Positions 15,651 to 23,228 are shown, counted from the first letter of the stretch. The stretch: DNA of 24,000 nt from Candidatus Thorarchaeota archaeon (GCA_048882505.1 JBHLRO010000011.1:29885-53884), one strand, 5' to 3'. Made by a program: numbers and translations. The notes: generated by a model not told the origin, from the sequence alone.

Positions 15651-15737
15651 TTCTCCTTTCCAGCTTCTGTTCTTCCATTGACGTAAGTTATCGTCTCTCG
15701 ATCCTCTTGAAAGTCGAGACAGTACTGGAGATCTTAT

Positions 15738-16649
15738 ATGAGTCCCGTCTTAGGTGTTCTTAGCAAAAATCGTGAATATCATCCCACACAGGAACTTCTT
15801 ACCGCCATAGACAAGATGGCAGATATATCAGGGATTTTTCTATCAACGCAGCATGTCATCCCCTTCATTGATGGATCAAGATCGGACATTTATCTAGGCG
15901 GGCAGTCACTAAGGTCGCTTGCAGGTATCATTCCTCGTATAGGTTTTACTCAAACTGCATTTGGGCTCATTTGTCTTCGCCAGTTCGAAATCATGGGTAT
16001 TCCCTCCACTCTCTCCTCTCAAGCTTTGCATCTAGTTCGAAATAAATTCCGGTGTTATCAAGTATTAACCCACCTCCCTAACTTACTTCTACCGACTACG
16101 GCCATAATCGATTCCTCTGGTATGCTCGACAAGGCCTTGCAACCCTTTCAGTTCCCCATAGTAATCAAAATTCCTTCTGCTACACAAGGCGTCGGAACTA
16201 TTCTGGCTTCAAACCAACAATCCGCTCGTGAGATTATCGAAGCGCTTTTCCTTAACTTTCAGTTCCCTATCATCCTTCAAGAATACCTTACTCCTCCGTT
16301 GTTCAGGCGGAATGGTGCTATTGAAGATATGCGAGTGCTGGTGGTAGGTGATGAAGTTCTCGGGGCCATGCGCCGCGTCGCTCCCCAAGGGCAATGGCGT
16401 ACCAACTACGCCCAAGGTGCCCAATGTGAACCCACACGCTTAACTTCCGAGGAAGAGGAGTTGGTATCCCAAATCGTAACCCTAACGGGCATTGAAATCG
16501 CAGGAATTGACCTTTATCCTACTGATGCTGGATTGGCACTCCTCGAGGTGAATGCCTGCCCTGGATGGAAGGCATTTGAACAAACCTATCCCCAAATTAA
16601 GGTAGCCAAAAAGATCATTGACTATCTCCTATTAAAGATCCGTCGTTGA
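15738..16649 (+). CDS. RimK-family ATP-grasp ligase (alpha-L-glutamate ligase-like)
   Basis: PIVIKIPSATQGVGTILA, PIILQEYL, EDMRVLVVGDEVLGAMRRVAPQGQWRTNYAQGA and IAGIDLY...LLEVNACPGW are the ordered ATP-grasp/RimK motifs. Confidence 0.75.
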   Translation: MSPVLGVLSKNREYHPTQELLTAIDKMADISGIFLSTQHVIPFIDGSRSDIYLGGQSLRSLAGIIPRIGFTQTAFGLICLRQFEIMGIPSTLSSQALHLVRNKFRCYQVLTHLPNLLLPTTAIIDSSGMLDKALQPFQFPIVIKIPSATQGVGTILASNQQSAREIIEALFLNFQFPIILQEYLTPPLFRRNGAIEDMRVLVVGDEVLGAMRRVAPQGQWRTNYAQGAQCEPTRLTSEEEELVSQIVTLTGIEIAGIDLYPTDAGLALLEVNACPGWKAFEQTYPQIKVAKKIIDYLLLKIRR

Positions 16650-16703
16650 AACCTTTTTGTCAGGCATCCTTATAACCTCAGAACGTAGAATTTCCACCTG
16701 GAT

Positions 16704-17684
16704 GTGGGTTCGCTGGCCTCAGATGATAAAAAAAATGATTTTTCCGCCTTAAAAGTCTCAGAGGATATCCAAGACCGTCTCCAAGAACATTTCCCTACCC
16801 TCTTGGCGCTAGCGACGACCTCTCCCGCCGAAATTGTGCGATCTTGTGAGATTAATCGGTCATCTGCAGAGCGGATTGTCAAAAAAGCACGAAAATTGGC
16901 AGGAATCGGTAATCCTGTCACCGCTGCCGAATTACTCGAAAAGCGGATGGCTAGTCCGCGAATAACGACATCCTCCCAGCAATTGGATGAGGTTTTGGGT
17001 GGCGGGATCTCCGTTGGTGCCCTTACCGAATTCAGTGGGGCATTTGCCACTGGAAAAACCCAATTGGCATTCCAGCTTTGCATTAACGTCCAACGTCCCG
17101 TCGAAGAAGGCGGTTTGGATGCCAGGGCTCTCTTCGTTGACACCGAAAATACGTTCGCTCCAGCCCGTATTGCGGAAATGTGTTATCCCTTCACCTCGGA
17201 ACCCCGAGATTTCCTTCAGAATATCTACGTCAGCCGTGCATTCAATGCTGATCATCAGATTCAAATAGCTCGAAAGGCTGACAAATTGATCGAAGCTAAC
17301 AAAATCCGACTCATCATCGTAGACAGCATGGCTTCCCACTTCCGTGCGGAATTTCCTGGTACGGATAATCTTCCCAGACGCCAACAGCTTCTCATGGCCC
17401 ACGCCGAAACCCTTCAACGACTTGCAGAGTCCTATGGTCTAGCAGTAATGACCACAAACCAAATTCTGGGTAACCCTGATAACCTCTTCTCAGGAACTGG
17501 TAATGTTGAACCTGCTCTTGGCTTTGCCTGGGGGCACAGGCCGACCCACCGTATTCTTCTTCGTAAATCACGCGGAACTGCCCGTATCGCCCGTGTTTTC
17601 GATTCCCCTGAATTAGCTGAACGTGAAGCCGTGTTTCATATTACAGCCCAGGGTATTCGGGATGGGCCCCCTCTCGATTACTGA
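16704..17684 (+). CDS. radA: RadA recombinase (archaeal Rad51/Dmc1 homolog)
   Basis: GTG start and an N-terminal helical (HhH-like) domain. The remaining motifs are ITTSSQQLDEVLGGGI, Walker A GAFATGKTQ, Walker B LIIVDSMASHFRAEF, VMTTNQ and ALGFAWGHRPTHRILLRKSRGTARIARVFDSPELAEREAVFHITAQGI. Confidence 0.85.
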   Translation: MGSLASDDKKNDFSALKVSEDIQDRLQEHFPTLLALATTSPAEIVRSCEINRSSAERIVKKARKLAGIGNPVTAAELLEKRMASPRITTSSQQLDEVLGGGISVGALTEFSGAFATGKTQLAFQLCINVQRPVEEGGLDARALFVDTENTFAPARIAEMCYPFTSEPRDFLQNIYVSRAFNADHQIQIARKADKLIEANKIRLIIVDSMASHFRAEFPGTDNLPRRQQLLMAHAETLQRLAESYGLAVMTTNQILGNPDNLFSGTGNVEPALGFAWGHRPTHRILLRKSRGTARIARVFDSPELAEREAVFHITAQGIRDGPPLDY

Positions 17685-17932
17685 TATTCCAAAAATCTTC
17701 TTCTAATCCCTTTCTTGGTAGATTGCTGAACCCCCCCTCAGTTTCGGTATGAATTATGAGGCCGACACGGATATCTAGGAGGTATCATGGAGAAATTCCG
17801 TCGAATACAGCATGTTTCAACCACATTAGTCACTGAGAGGCCCATCTCCGCATAATGTGTAGGATGACCACAGTTTTTCATAACCTAGTCATTATCTTAT
17901 TCACCTAAAACCTAATCCTTGAGACGTTTCTG

Positions 17933-18718
17933 GTGACTCAACTTAATCATTCCCGCCCAAACACGTTTACCTCCATCCATCCAGTTGCAGACATTACCCT
18001 AACCCCGCCCGTGATCGTTATCCAGGGTCTCCCGGGAATGGGGCTCATCGGTAAAATTGCAGCTCAATTCCTCATCAGCTATTATGATGCCCAGGAGATT
18101 GCACGGATTTACAGCTCCTTTTTCCCACCAGTTGTCCAAATCGACAGCGAGACTAGTCTTGGGCGCCTCACTCGAATGGAAATCTTCGCAGTTACCGACT
18201 CGAAACCCAACATGCTCATCATTACAGGCGATGCTCAACCCCATGATATCGGAATCGTCCAGGTTCTTAATGATGTCCTTGACTATGTTGCCACGCTCCA
18301 TGCCGAAACTGTCATCTGTCTTGGCGGTCTTCGGGTCCACGATGAAGGTCCCGATGTAGCCGCATTTGGATACAGTTCCAAAACCCTTGATTGGCTAACC
18401 CAGTATGACATTGAACCCCTCCGTGGGGGTGAAGTCACTGGTGCCGTGGGGGTTCTCTCCGCTCTCGCAGCTGAACGAAACATGACCAGCTTCGGTCTCC
18501 TAGGTAAACTCACCTTGGCCGGTACCGATCCGCTGGCTTCCAAAGTGTTACTTTCTCGTATCAACGATATTTATGATCTGGGCATTGATCTGGATGGTTT
18601 AGATATTACTATTAAAGAAGCCCAAGCCAAGAATGAACGCATCTCCAGTCTTGCTCGCGAAGTCCTCGAAAAGAACGATGACGAAGAATCCGGAAAGGAT
18701 CCTGGTTATTATATCTGA
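17933..18718 (+). CDS. PAC2-family proteasome assembly chaperone (PbaA/PbaB-like) with a C-terminal HbYX-like tail
   Basis: VIVIQGLPGMGLIGKIAAQFLI is the characteristic PAC2 N-terminal strand-loop. The length is about 260 aa. There is a C-terminal helical region, and the last residues, ..DPGYYI, fit the hydrophobic-Tyr-X motif. Confidence 0.65.
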   Translation: MTQLNHSRPNTFTSIHPVADITLTPPVIVIQGLPGMGLIGKIAAQFLISYYDAQEIARIYSSFFPPVVQIDSETSLGRLTRMEIFAVTDSKPNMLIITGDAQPHDIGIVQVLNDVLDYVATLHAETVICLGGLRVHDEGPDVAAFGYSSKTLDWLTQYDIEPLRGGEVTGAVGVLSALAAERNMTSFGLLGKLTLAGTDPLASKVLLSRINDIYDLGIDLDGLDITIKEAQAKNERISSLAREVLEKNDDEESGKDPGYYI

Positions 18719-18956
18719 TTTTCATTGTAGTTCACAGCACGTGGTTAATCCCATAATTTCTTCAGGTATTGCCATCCAATGGCTCCTCCCTCCAGAACAA
18801 GTAAAATAGCTTCAAATCCTTGTCTCTTCCATGGTAGTCCACATCAACCCCTCATCACCTCCCCCTCCGGACTTCAAGTCAAAGCCTTTACATCATAAGT
18901 ACCCCCTCACTACATCTTTTCCTGTCCGAATGGAAAAAGCGCCTTCGCCGGAAAGG

Positions 18957-18986
18957 TTTAAAAACCCTGCGGCACCATTTATATTT
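18957..18986 (+). promoter_or_regulatory. Tandem TATA-like boxes about 200 nt upstream of tfb
   Basis: TTTAAAAA (18957-18964) and TTTATATTT (18978-18986) are the strongest TATA-like motifs in the 474-nt intergenic region. They would place a TSS near 19010, giving either a leader of about 180 nt or a separate small RNA. Confidence 0.35.
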
Positions 18987-19192
18987 AGGAATTAGATGAG
19001 TAGGTGATTGCCACAGGTGGTTCGATCCTTTTTCCTGTGGCTTCGGATTTGCTTACAGTGCGCTCCATCGTTGTAGGTTCTCATTCCAGATGAGACTCCG
19101 TACGTGCACTTAGGCTACCCCGTTTAGCCCCCCCTCCGACCCGCCTCAGCCGTCTACCACTCACTTCACTTATTAGAGGAGAATCCTCAGGA

Positions 19193-20161
19193 ATGGCAAC
19201 CATGAAAGGGGATAAAGCAAGACCCCAAAAAAAGACCCAAGTCGAGGACGAAGAAGAAATCCTCGAATGTAAAAATTGCGGCTCTAATGATATCGTCGCC
19301 GACGAAAACCGCGGTGAACTCATCTGCGAAAAATGCGGCTATGTCCTCGAGACCCGCCTCATCGATGAAGGCCCCGAATGGCGCGCCTTCAACTCCGAAG
19401 AACGCGATAAACGCTCCCGCGTCGGCTCCCCCTCCACCTTCTCAGTTCACGATAAAGGGCTCTCTACCATTATTGGGTATGAGAACCGCGACACCTTCGG
19501 CAATAAACTCACCGCCTCCCGTCGCGCCCAGATTTACCGTCTCCGGAAATGGCAGATCCGTACCCGTGTCCATTCTTCCATGGACCGCAACCTCGCCTTC
19601 GCGATGTCCGAAATGGACCGCCTGGCATCTCAACTCGGTATCCCCCGGAACGTCAAGGAAACCGCCGCCATCATCTACCGCAAAGCCATCGAAAAACGCC
19701 TCGTTCGCGGCCGCTCCATCGAAGCCATGGTCGCTGCGACCATCTACGCCTCAGCCCGCGTCCGTCGCGTCCCCCGTACCCTCGATGAAATCGCGAAAGA
19801 AAGCCGTATCACCAAAAAAGAACTCGGCCGCTGCTACCGCCTCCTCCTCCGCGAACTCTATCTTAATATCCCTCTCGCGTCCCCCATCGACTATCTCGTC
19901 CGCTTCGGCACCGAACTCCGCCTCTCTGGCGTCTGTCAACGGAACGCCGCCGATACCCTCAAACGCGCTAAAGCCGCTGGCCTTACCGCAGGCAAAGACC
20001 CCACTGGCCTGGCCGCTGCTGCTATCTACATTTCTGGTATTATCCACGGTGAACGGCGTACTCAACGCGAGATTTCAGAAGTGGCGCATGTGACAGAGGT
20101 AACTGTCAGAAACCGATATAAAGAGCTGGTACGAAAGCTTAACATTGAGATTACGATTTAA
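19193..20161 (+). CDS. tfb: Transcription initiation factor B (TFB/TFIIB)
   Basis: The N-terminal Zn ribbon is CKNCGS..x..CEKCGYV. It is followed by the B-reader/linker GPEWRAF and two cyclin-fold repeats (..RNLAFAMSEMDRLASQLGIP..; ..DYLVRFGTELRLS..AAAAIYIS..RTQREISEVAHVTEVTVRNRYKEL). Confidence 0.92.
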   Translation: MATMKGDKARPQKKTQVEDEEEILECKNCGSNDIVADENRGELICEKCGYVLETRLIDEGPEWRAFNSEERDKRSRVGSPSTFSVHDKGLSTIIGYENRDTFGNKLTASRRAQIYRLRKWQIRTRVHSSMDRNLAFAMSEMDRLASQLGIPRNVKETAAIIYRKAIEKRLVRGRSIEAMVAATIYASARVRRVPRTLDEIAKESRITKKELGRCYRLLLRELYLNIPLASPIDYLVRFGTELRLSGVCQRNAADTLKRAKAAGLTAGKDPTGLAAAAIYISGIIHGERRTQREISEVAHVTEVTVRNRYKELVRKLNIEITI

Positions 20162-20174
20162 AACAAGTTTCATC

Positions 20175-20300
20175 TGACTAGGATCGAATTCTAGTCATTT
20201 TAAGAGCCTATTGCCCGATCAGAAGATCGGGCTTTTTTTTTTCAGATTCATTTACGAAAAAAATCCTGAGATCTTTCCGAGCGTACAGTTGCTTTTTGGA
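20175..20300 (+). repeat. Copy A of a module of about 125 nt: hairpin 1, conserved spacer, hairpin 2 + oligo-T, conserved tail
   Basis: TGACTAG-9nt-CTAGTCA (20175-20197), then ..AAGAGCCTATT.., then GCCCGATC-AGAA-GATCGGGC (20213-20232), T10, then ATTCATTTACGAAAAAAATCCTGAGATCTTTCCGAG...TTTTTGGA. It aligns by eye with 21538-21660. Confidence 0.7.
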
Positions 20301-20522
20301 GCGCCCAATCTCACGTGCTCCATCGGTTGCTTTATCAATATTGCGTTCCATTTTTTGTGGATTTTGATCGATTAAGAGCGATCTAAAGGAATTAATTGGA
20401 GATCTCTCCTGCATCTCGGCGCAAGAATTGTAAAATTTATTGGAAACTCCACAATACTTAAACATACATGACCGCATGTTAATGGGAATAGCTTCTAATC
20501 CGTATCTATTCAAATTCCACAT
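20208..20522 (-). CDS. Hypothetical 104-aa ORF (doubtful)
   Basis: It is the only long ORF in the 379-nt gap. However, its 3' end reads through the hairpin/oligo-A complement of the terminator module (..SEKKKPDLLIGQ*). The second module copy does not preserve this reading frame, and I recognise no motifs. Confidence 0.25.
   Translation of the reverse strand: MWNLNRYGLEAIPINMRSCMFKYCGVSNKFYNSCAEMQERSPINSFRSLLIDQNPQKMERNIDKATDGAREIGRSKKQLYARKDLRIFFVNESEKKKPDLLIGQ
20213..20242 (+). terminator. Stem-loop + T10 tract downstream of tfb
   Basis: A perfect 8-bp stem GCCCGATC/GATCGGGC with a 4-nt loop is followed by ten T residues, 52 nt after the tfb stop. Oligo-T tracts are the archaeal termination signal. 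Confidence 0.6.
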
Positions 20523-20540
20523 TATGGTTCAACCATTGAG

Positions 20541-21503
20541 ATGGGAGAACAGAAATTGAATCAAATAAGTAACCAAACAGGAGCAATGAAATCCATTGTA
20601 CTTGGATTTATCCTTATTTTCAATCTTATCGGGATTTATATGGGAGTGGAGCTTGCAGGCGTGCCATTTAGCCAGCAGACTAGTTTTACAATCGACAAAC
20701 AAACTCAATACGGATATATTAGAAAATATCCCGCGTTGTATGAATTACTTGTAATGGCAAATGCTTCTAATACCGAAATTATTAATTGTACAGCTTGGGT
20801 TGGTGTAAGTGACGTTCCCCTGACACAAGCATTTCAACTCGGCCCCGGAGATAATTTCTCAACTAGTAAGAGCCTCAATTATTTCTGGTATAGTATTTCT
20901 TTCTTCTTTAAGAATACCTCGGAACCCCAACGTGTGGATATTAGGATGGAGGGACACTCAGGAACCTTTGAAGAACTTCTTGCTAGTCCTGGTACATTTT
21001 ATGGAGCGGGAGGTATTTTTTATCTCGTTCAGTATATCATTCCAGCTTTAATATCGATAGTCATTCTGGGTCCTATTCACTTTATTAATGCCATGTATAA
21101 GTTCACAGAGAGTAAGCAGGAAGTAGCGAGGTATCTTAGTCAAAATTTCCTTCCTCCATTTATATCATTGATTTTATTCTGGATTACGGGATTTGGGATA
21201 TTGTTATTGGCAGTTGGGTATTATTTCGGGGTATTAGTAATAACTAGAATTATAGAAACAGTCCAACCGTTGAAGTCAACCGTAATGGCAACGGGTGGTG
21301 TGACATTCTTAGTTACTGCCTTCATTTTGGATCGGCTTTATCAACCCTTGACTCCCCAAATCTTTAATGAGCAGGTAATCTGGGGTTTTTTTCCTATCTA
21401 TCCGCTCATAATCACAATAACGGTTTCAGGTATGTTGTTGCTCTTTGTAGGCCTCCCAAGAGGGCAAAACCGAAGCCATAAAACGAGGTTGCATGAAGAC
21501 TAA
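20541..21503 (+). CDS. Multi-pass integral membrane protein, unknown function
   Basis: 320-aa ORF. It has an N-terminal TM helix (IVLGFILIFNLIGIYMGV), an extracytoplasmic segment of about 110 aa, then about 5 hydrophobic helices. I recognise no catalytic motifs. Confidence 0.6.
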   Translation: MGEQKLNQISNQTGAMKSIVLGFILIFNLIGIYMGVELAGVPFSQQTSFTIDKQTQYGYIRKYPALYELLVMANASNTEIINCTAWVGVSDVPLTQAFQLGPGDNFSTSKSLNYFWYSISFFFKNTSEPQRVDIRMEGHSGTFEELLASPGTFYGAGGIFYLVQYIIPALISIVILGPIHFINAMYKFTESKQEVARYLSQNFLPPFISLILFWITGFGILLLAVGYYFGVLVITRIIETVQPLKSTVMATGGVTFLVTAFILDRLYQPLTPQIFNEQVIWGFFPIYPLIITITVSGMLLLFVGLPRGQNRSHKTRLHED

Positions 21504-21537
21504 ACATCGCGATTACGATTTAGAATGCATCTCATCA

Positions 21538-21660
21538 GGTTAGATATAATTTCTAACCATCAAAAGGGCCTATTGCCTGACCGAAAAGTCAGGCTTTTTT
21601 TTCTCTATTCTTTTACGAAGAAGATTCTAAGATCTTTCCGAGACACCAGTAGTTTTTGGA
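21538..21660 (+). repeat. Copy B of the double-hairpin/oligo-T module
   Basis: GGTTAGA-7nt-TCTAACC (21538-21558), then ..AAGGGCCTATT.., then GCCTGAC-CGAAAA-GTCAGGC (21575-21594), T8, then ATTCTTTTACGAAGAAGATTCTAAGATCTTTCCGAG...TTTTTGGA. Confidence 0.7.
21575..21602 (+). terminator. Stem-loop + T8 tract downstream of the membrane-protein gene
   Basis: A 7-bp stem GCCTGAC/GTCAGGC with a 6-nt loop is followed by eight T residues, 72 nt after the stop at 21503. Confidence 0.55.
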
Positions 21661-21735
21661 ATCAATGATTTCATACGGAAGCACAGTGAAGAAAAGCTAA
21701 TATACCAGATTGGTTAGCTAAATGTCGCGATCGAT

Positions 21736-21972
21736 TTGGTAAAATGGTCTAGGGACAAGAAGGGCTACAAGCGGTATTCTGATTCAGGAAAAGCTGTTCA
21801 TCGTCACGTCGCGGAATGAAAGCTTGGAAGGAAGTTACAAAAGGGAGAAGTTGTTCATCATATTAACAGGAATAAATCAAACAACCGAAGAAAGAACCTA
21901 TGGGTCTTTAAGAGCCAGAAACAACATCATCGAACACATAAACGAGACAAGAAGCGATATGGTCGATGGTAG
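21736..21972 (+). pseudogene. HNH endonuclease remnant interrupted by an in-frame TGA
   Basis: Frame 1 reads ..LVKWSRDKKGYKRYSDSGKAVHRHVAE * KLGRKLQKGEVVHHINRNKSNNRRKNLWVFKSQKQHHRTHKRD..*. This is the classical HNH core (HH-x-N-x7-N-L...H-x3-H). The in-frame stop is at 21817-21819. There is no ATG start; the nearest candidate is the TTG at 21736. Confidence 0.6.
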
Positions 21973-22001
21973 AAGGGAGCTAGGGTTCAAAATAAAAGTT
22001 C

Positions 22002-23228
22002 TCAATAGACTTTAGCTGACCTTAATGAACCCTGACACACCGAACATTTGGTCAGGCCCGCCTGTTGGCTTTCTTGATAGCAGTTCTGACAGACTGCACG
22101 TTGACAAGACGCACACACCTGATGTGGATCCTTTTTCGGGTAGAACCTTAGGCATAGGCTGCAAAAAAACCGATCTTTTGCCTTTAGAATTTCCACTTGT
22201 TCCGCAGGCACATACTCAATGGTCTGGGAACCTACGGAATACAACGGCGCCAGTTCGACGTTTTGCTCCCGAATGGTTTGCAGAATACAGAGGATTTCCT
22301 GGGCATGGGAGAGAGTGGGATCGGGAATAGAATCCCCGAATACTTTTGTGATGGTGGGGGTGATGAAAGTATCGATTAAATTCTTTATGGTGTCACCTGC
22401 CAGCTGAAAAAGACCCACAAGCGGATTTTCCGATGGAGGGTCGTAAGTTCGAACATAATTATCCGTGATTTTTGTCACATTCTCAATAGTTAGCTCGGGC
22501 GGATCAGGGATTGGCAATTTCCAGTTATCATGGACTAGGATGTCTTCCAAAGAGATTTTTTCAGCTACCGGGAGGTCTGAAAGGTATTGACGGATTTCCG
22601 CATCTAGTTCCTTTTTCCGGATGTCATCGAGATCCGTGGTTTTGGGGAGATGCAGGCGTCTTTCCTTATAATAGGTCATGCCGACCCTTGTGGATAGGAT
22701 TCCTAAACGACATTCCCTGGCGAGTTCGAGTAGGGAAACCGTTTCACTCGATGTCGGTTGATTCTTCAGTCTGTGATGCGTTTGGATAATTCGCACCACA
22801 TTGATTTCGATCTCAGATCTGTCAAAAAGATCATAATAATCGGAAATTTTCTTTTCGGATAACTGGATCACGGTATTACAGAAATTAACGAGCTCTCGCC
22901 CATTAGAGAGCGAATAATTGAGTCTGATGACGATATCCGTTAAGTTCAATTGGTCATTCTTGATAAACGGGAGAATTAAGATGGATTGAGCATCTAATTG
23001 CTGGATTTGGTCTTGAGTATATTTTTTCAATTGTTTGGGTCTAGGCGGGTGATTGAAGTAATGGATTACCTCGTCTAAGGATGCAGAAGGTATTTTCAGG
23101 TCTAAAAACATTTCCTCATTGGTAGGCAACCGCTGGTGCTCATACACAAAGTGAAAAATACGGGTAGAGAATTCATCTAGCTCGTTACTAGGAAGAGAAT
23201 ACTGTTTCTCCCGTTTGAACAATCTCAT
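22002..23228 (-). CDS. Uncharacterised protein: repeated helical (winged-helix-like) units + C-terminal C4C4 cross-brace Zn finger
   Basis: 408-aa ORF. The C-terminal pattern is C-x2-C-x12-C-x2-C-x4-C-x2-C-x11-C-x2-C (nt about 22035-22163), the same architecture as the N-terminal finger of the 448-aa protein at 8675-10021. The upstream part shows 4-5 similar-length helix-rich units. Confidence 0.65.
   Translation of the reverse strand: MRLFKREKQYSLPSNELDEFSTRIFHFVYEHQRLPTNEEMFLDLKIPSASLDEVIHYFNHPPRPKQLKKYTQDQIQQLDAQSILILPFIKNDQLNLTDIVIRLNYSLSNGRELVNFCNTVIQLSEKKISDYYDLFDRSEIEINVVRIIQTHHRLKNQPTSSETVSLLELARECRLGILSTRVGMTYYKERRLHLPKTTDLDDIRKKELDAEIRQYLSDLPVAEKISLEDILVHDNWKLPIPDPPELTIENVTKITDNYVRTYDPPSENPLVGLFQLAGDTIKNLIDTFITPTITKVFGDSIPDPTLSHAQEILCILQTIREQNVELAPLYSVGSQTIEYVPAEQVEILKAKDRFFCSLCLRFYPKKDPHQVCASCQRAVCQNCYQESQQAGLTKCSVCQGSLRSAKVY

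Noticed and set aside
15575-15763. 62-aa ORF
   Set aside because: It starts inside the tRNA-Gln gene and covers the tRNA/RimK intergenic region. The tRNA fold explains this sequence.
14629-17417. Antisense ORFs opposite rps2 (14629-14880, 14915-15340), RimK-like (16209-16424) and radA (16670-17143, 16932-17417)
   Set aside because: Each lies fully within a strongly supported sense gene. They arise in the GC-richer part of the window, where antisense stop codons are rarer. They have no motifs.
19010-19041. The hairpin with a GGTTCGATCC loop as a tRNA gene or fragment
   Set aside because: I could not fold an acceptor stem, D-arm or anticodon arm around it. It is kept only as part of the candidate leader/ncRNA finding.
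19287-20093. 268-aa ORF in an alternative frame inside tfb
   Set aside because: Its product is low-complexity P/S/A-rich. It lies entirely within the well-supported TFB reading frame. It is explained by the extreme C-rich codon bias, which suppresses stop codons in the shifted frame. The same reasoning applies to the ORFs at 19549-19788, 19442-19633 (minus) and 19751-20065 (minus).
20175-21660. The two repeat copies as a CRISPR array or as IS terminal inverted repeats
   Set aside because: There are only two copies, about 1.36 kb apart and in direct orientation. Each is about 125 nt with internal hairpins. No short regularly spaced repeats, no transposase and no cas genes are present.
21817-21819. 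The in-frame TGA in the HNH gene as stop-codon recoding (Trp or Sec)
   Set aside because: TGA is used as an ordinary stop by several confident genes in this window (for example at 1356-1358, 3123-3125, 8019-8021 and 8649-8651). No SECIS-like context was evident. A nonsense mutation in a decaying mobile gene is the simpler explanation.
21824-22789. Plus-strand ORFs 21824-22015, 22025-22330, 22197-22379, 22219-22407 and 22511-22789
   Set aside because: The first is out of frame with the HNH remnant, which explains the sequence better. The others are antisense shadows of the 408-aa minus-strand gene.
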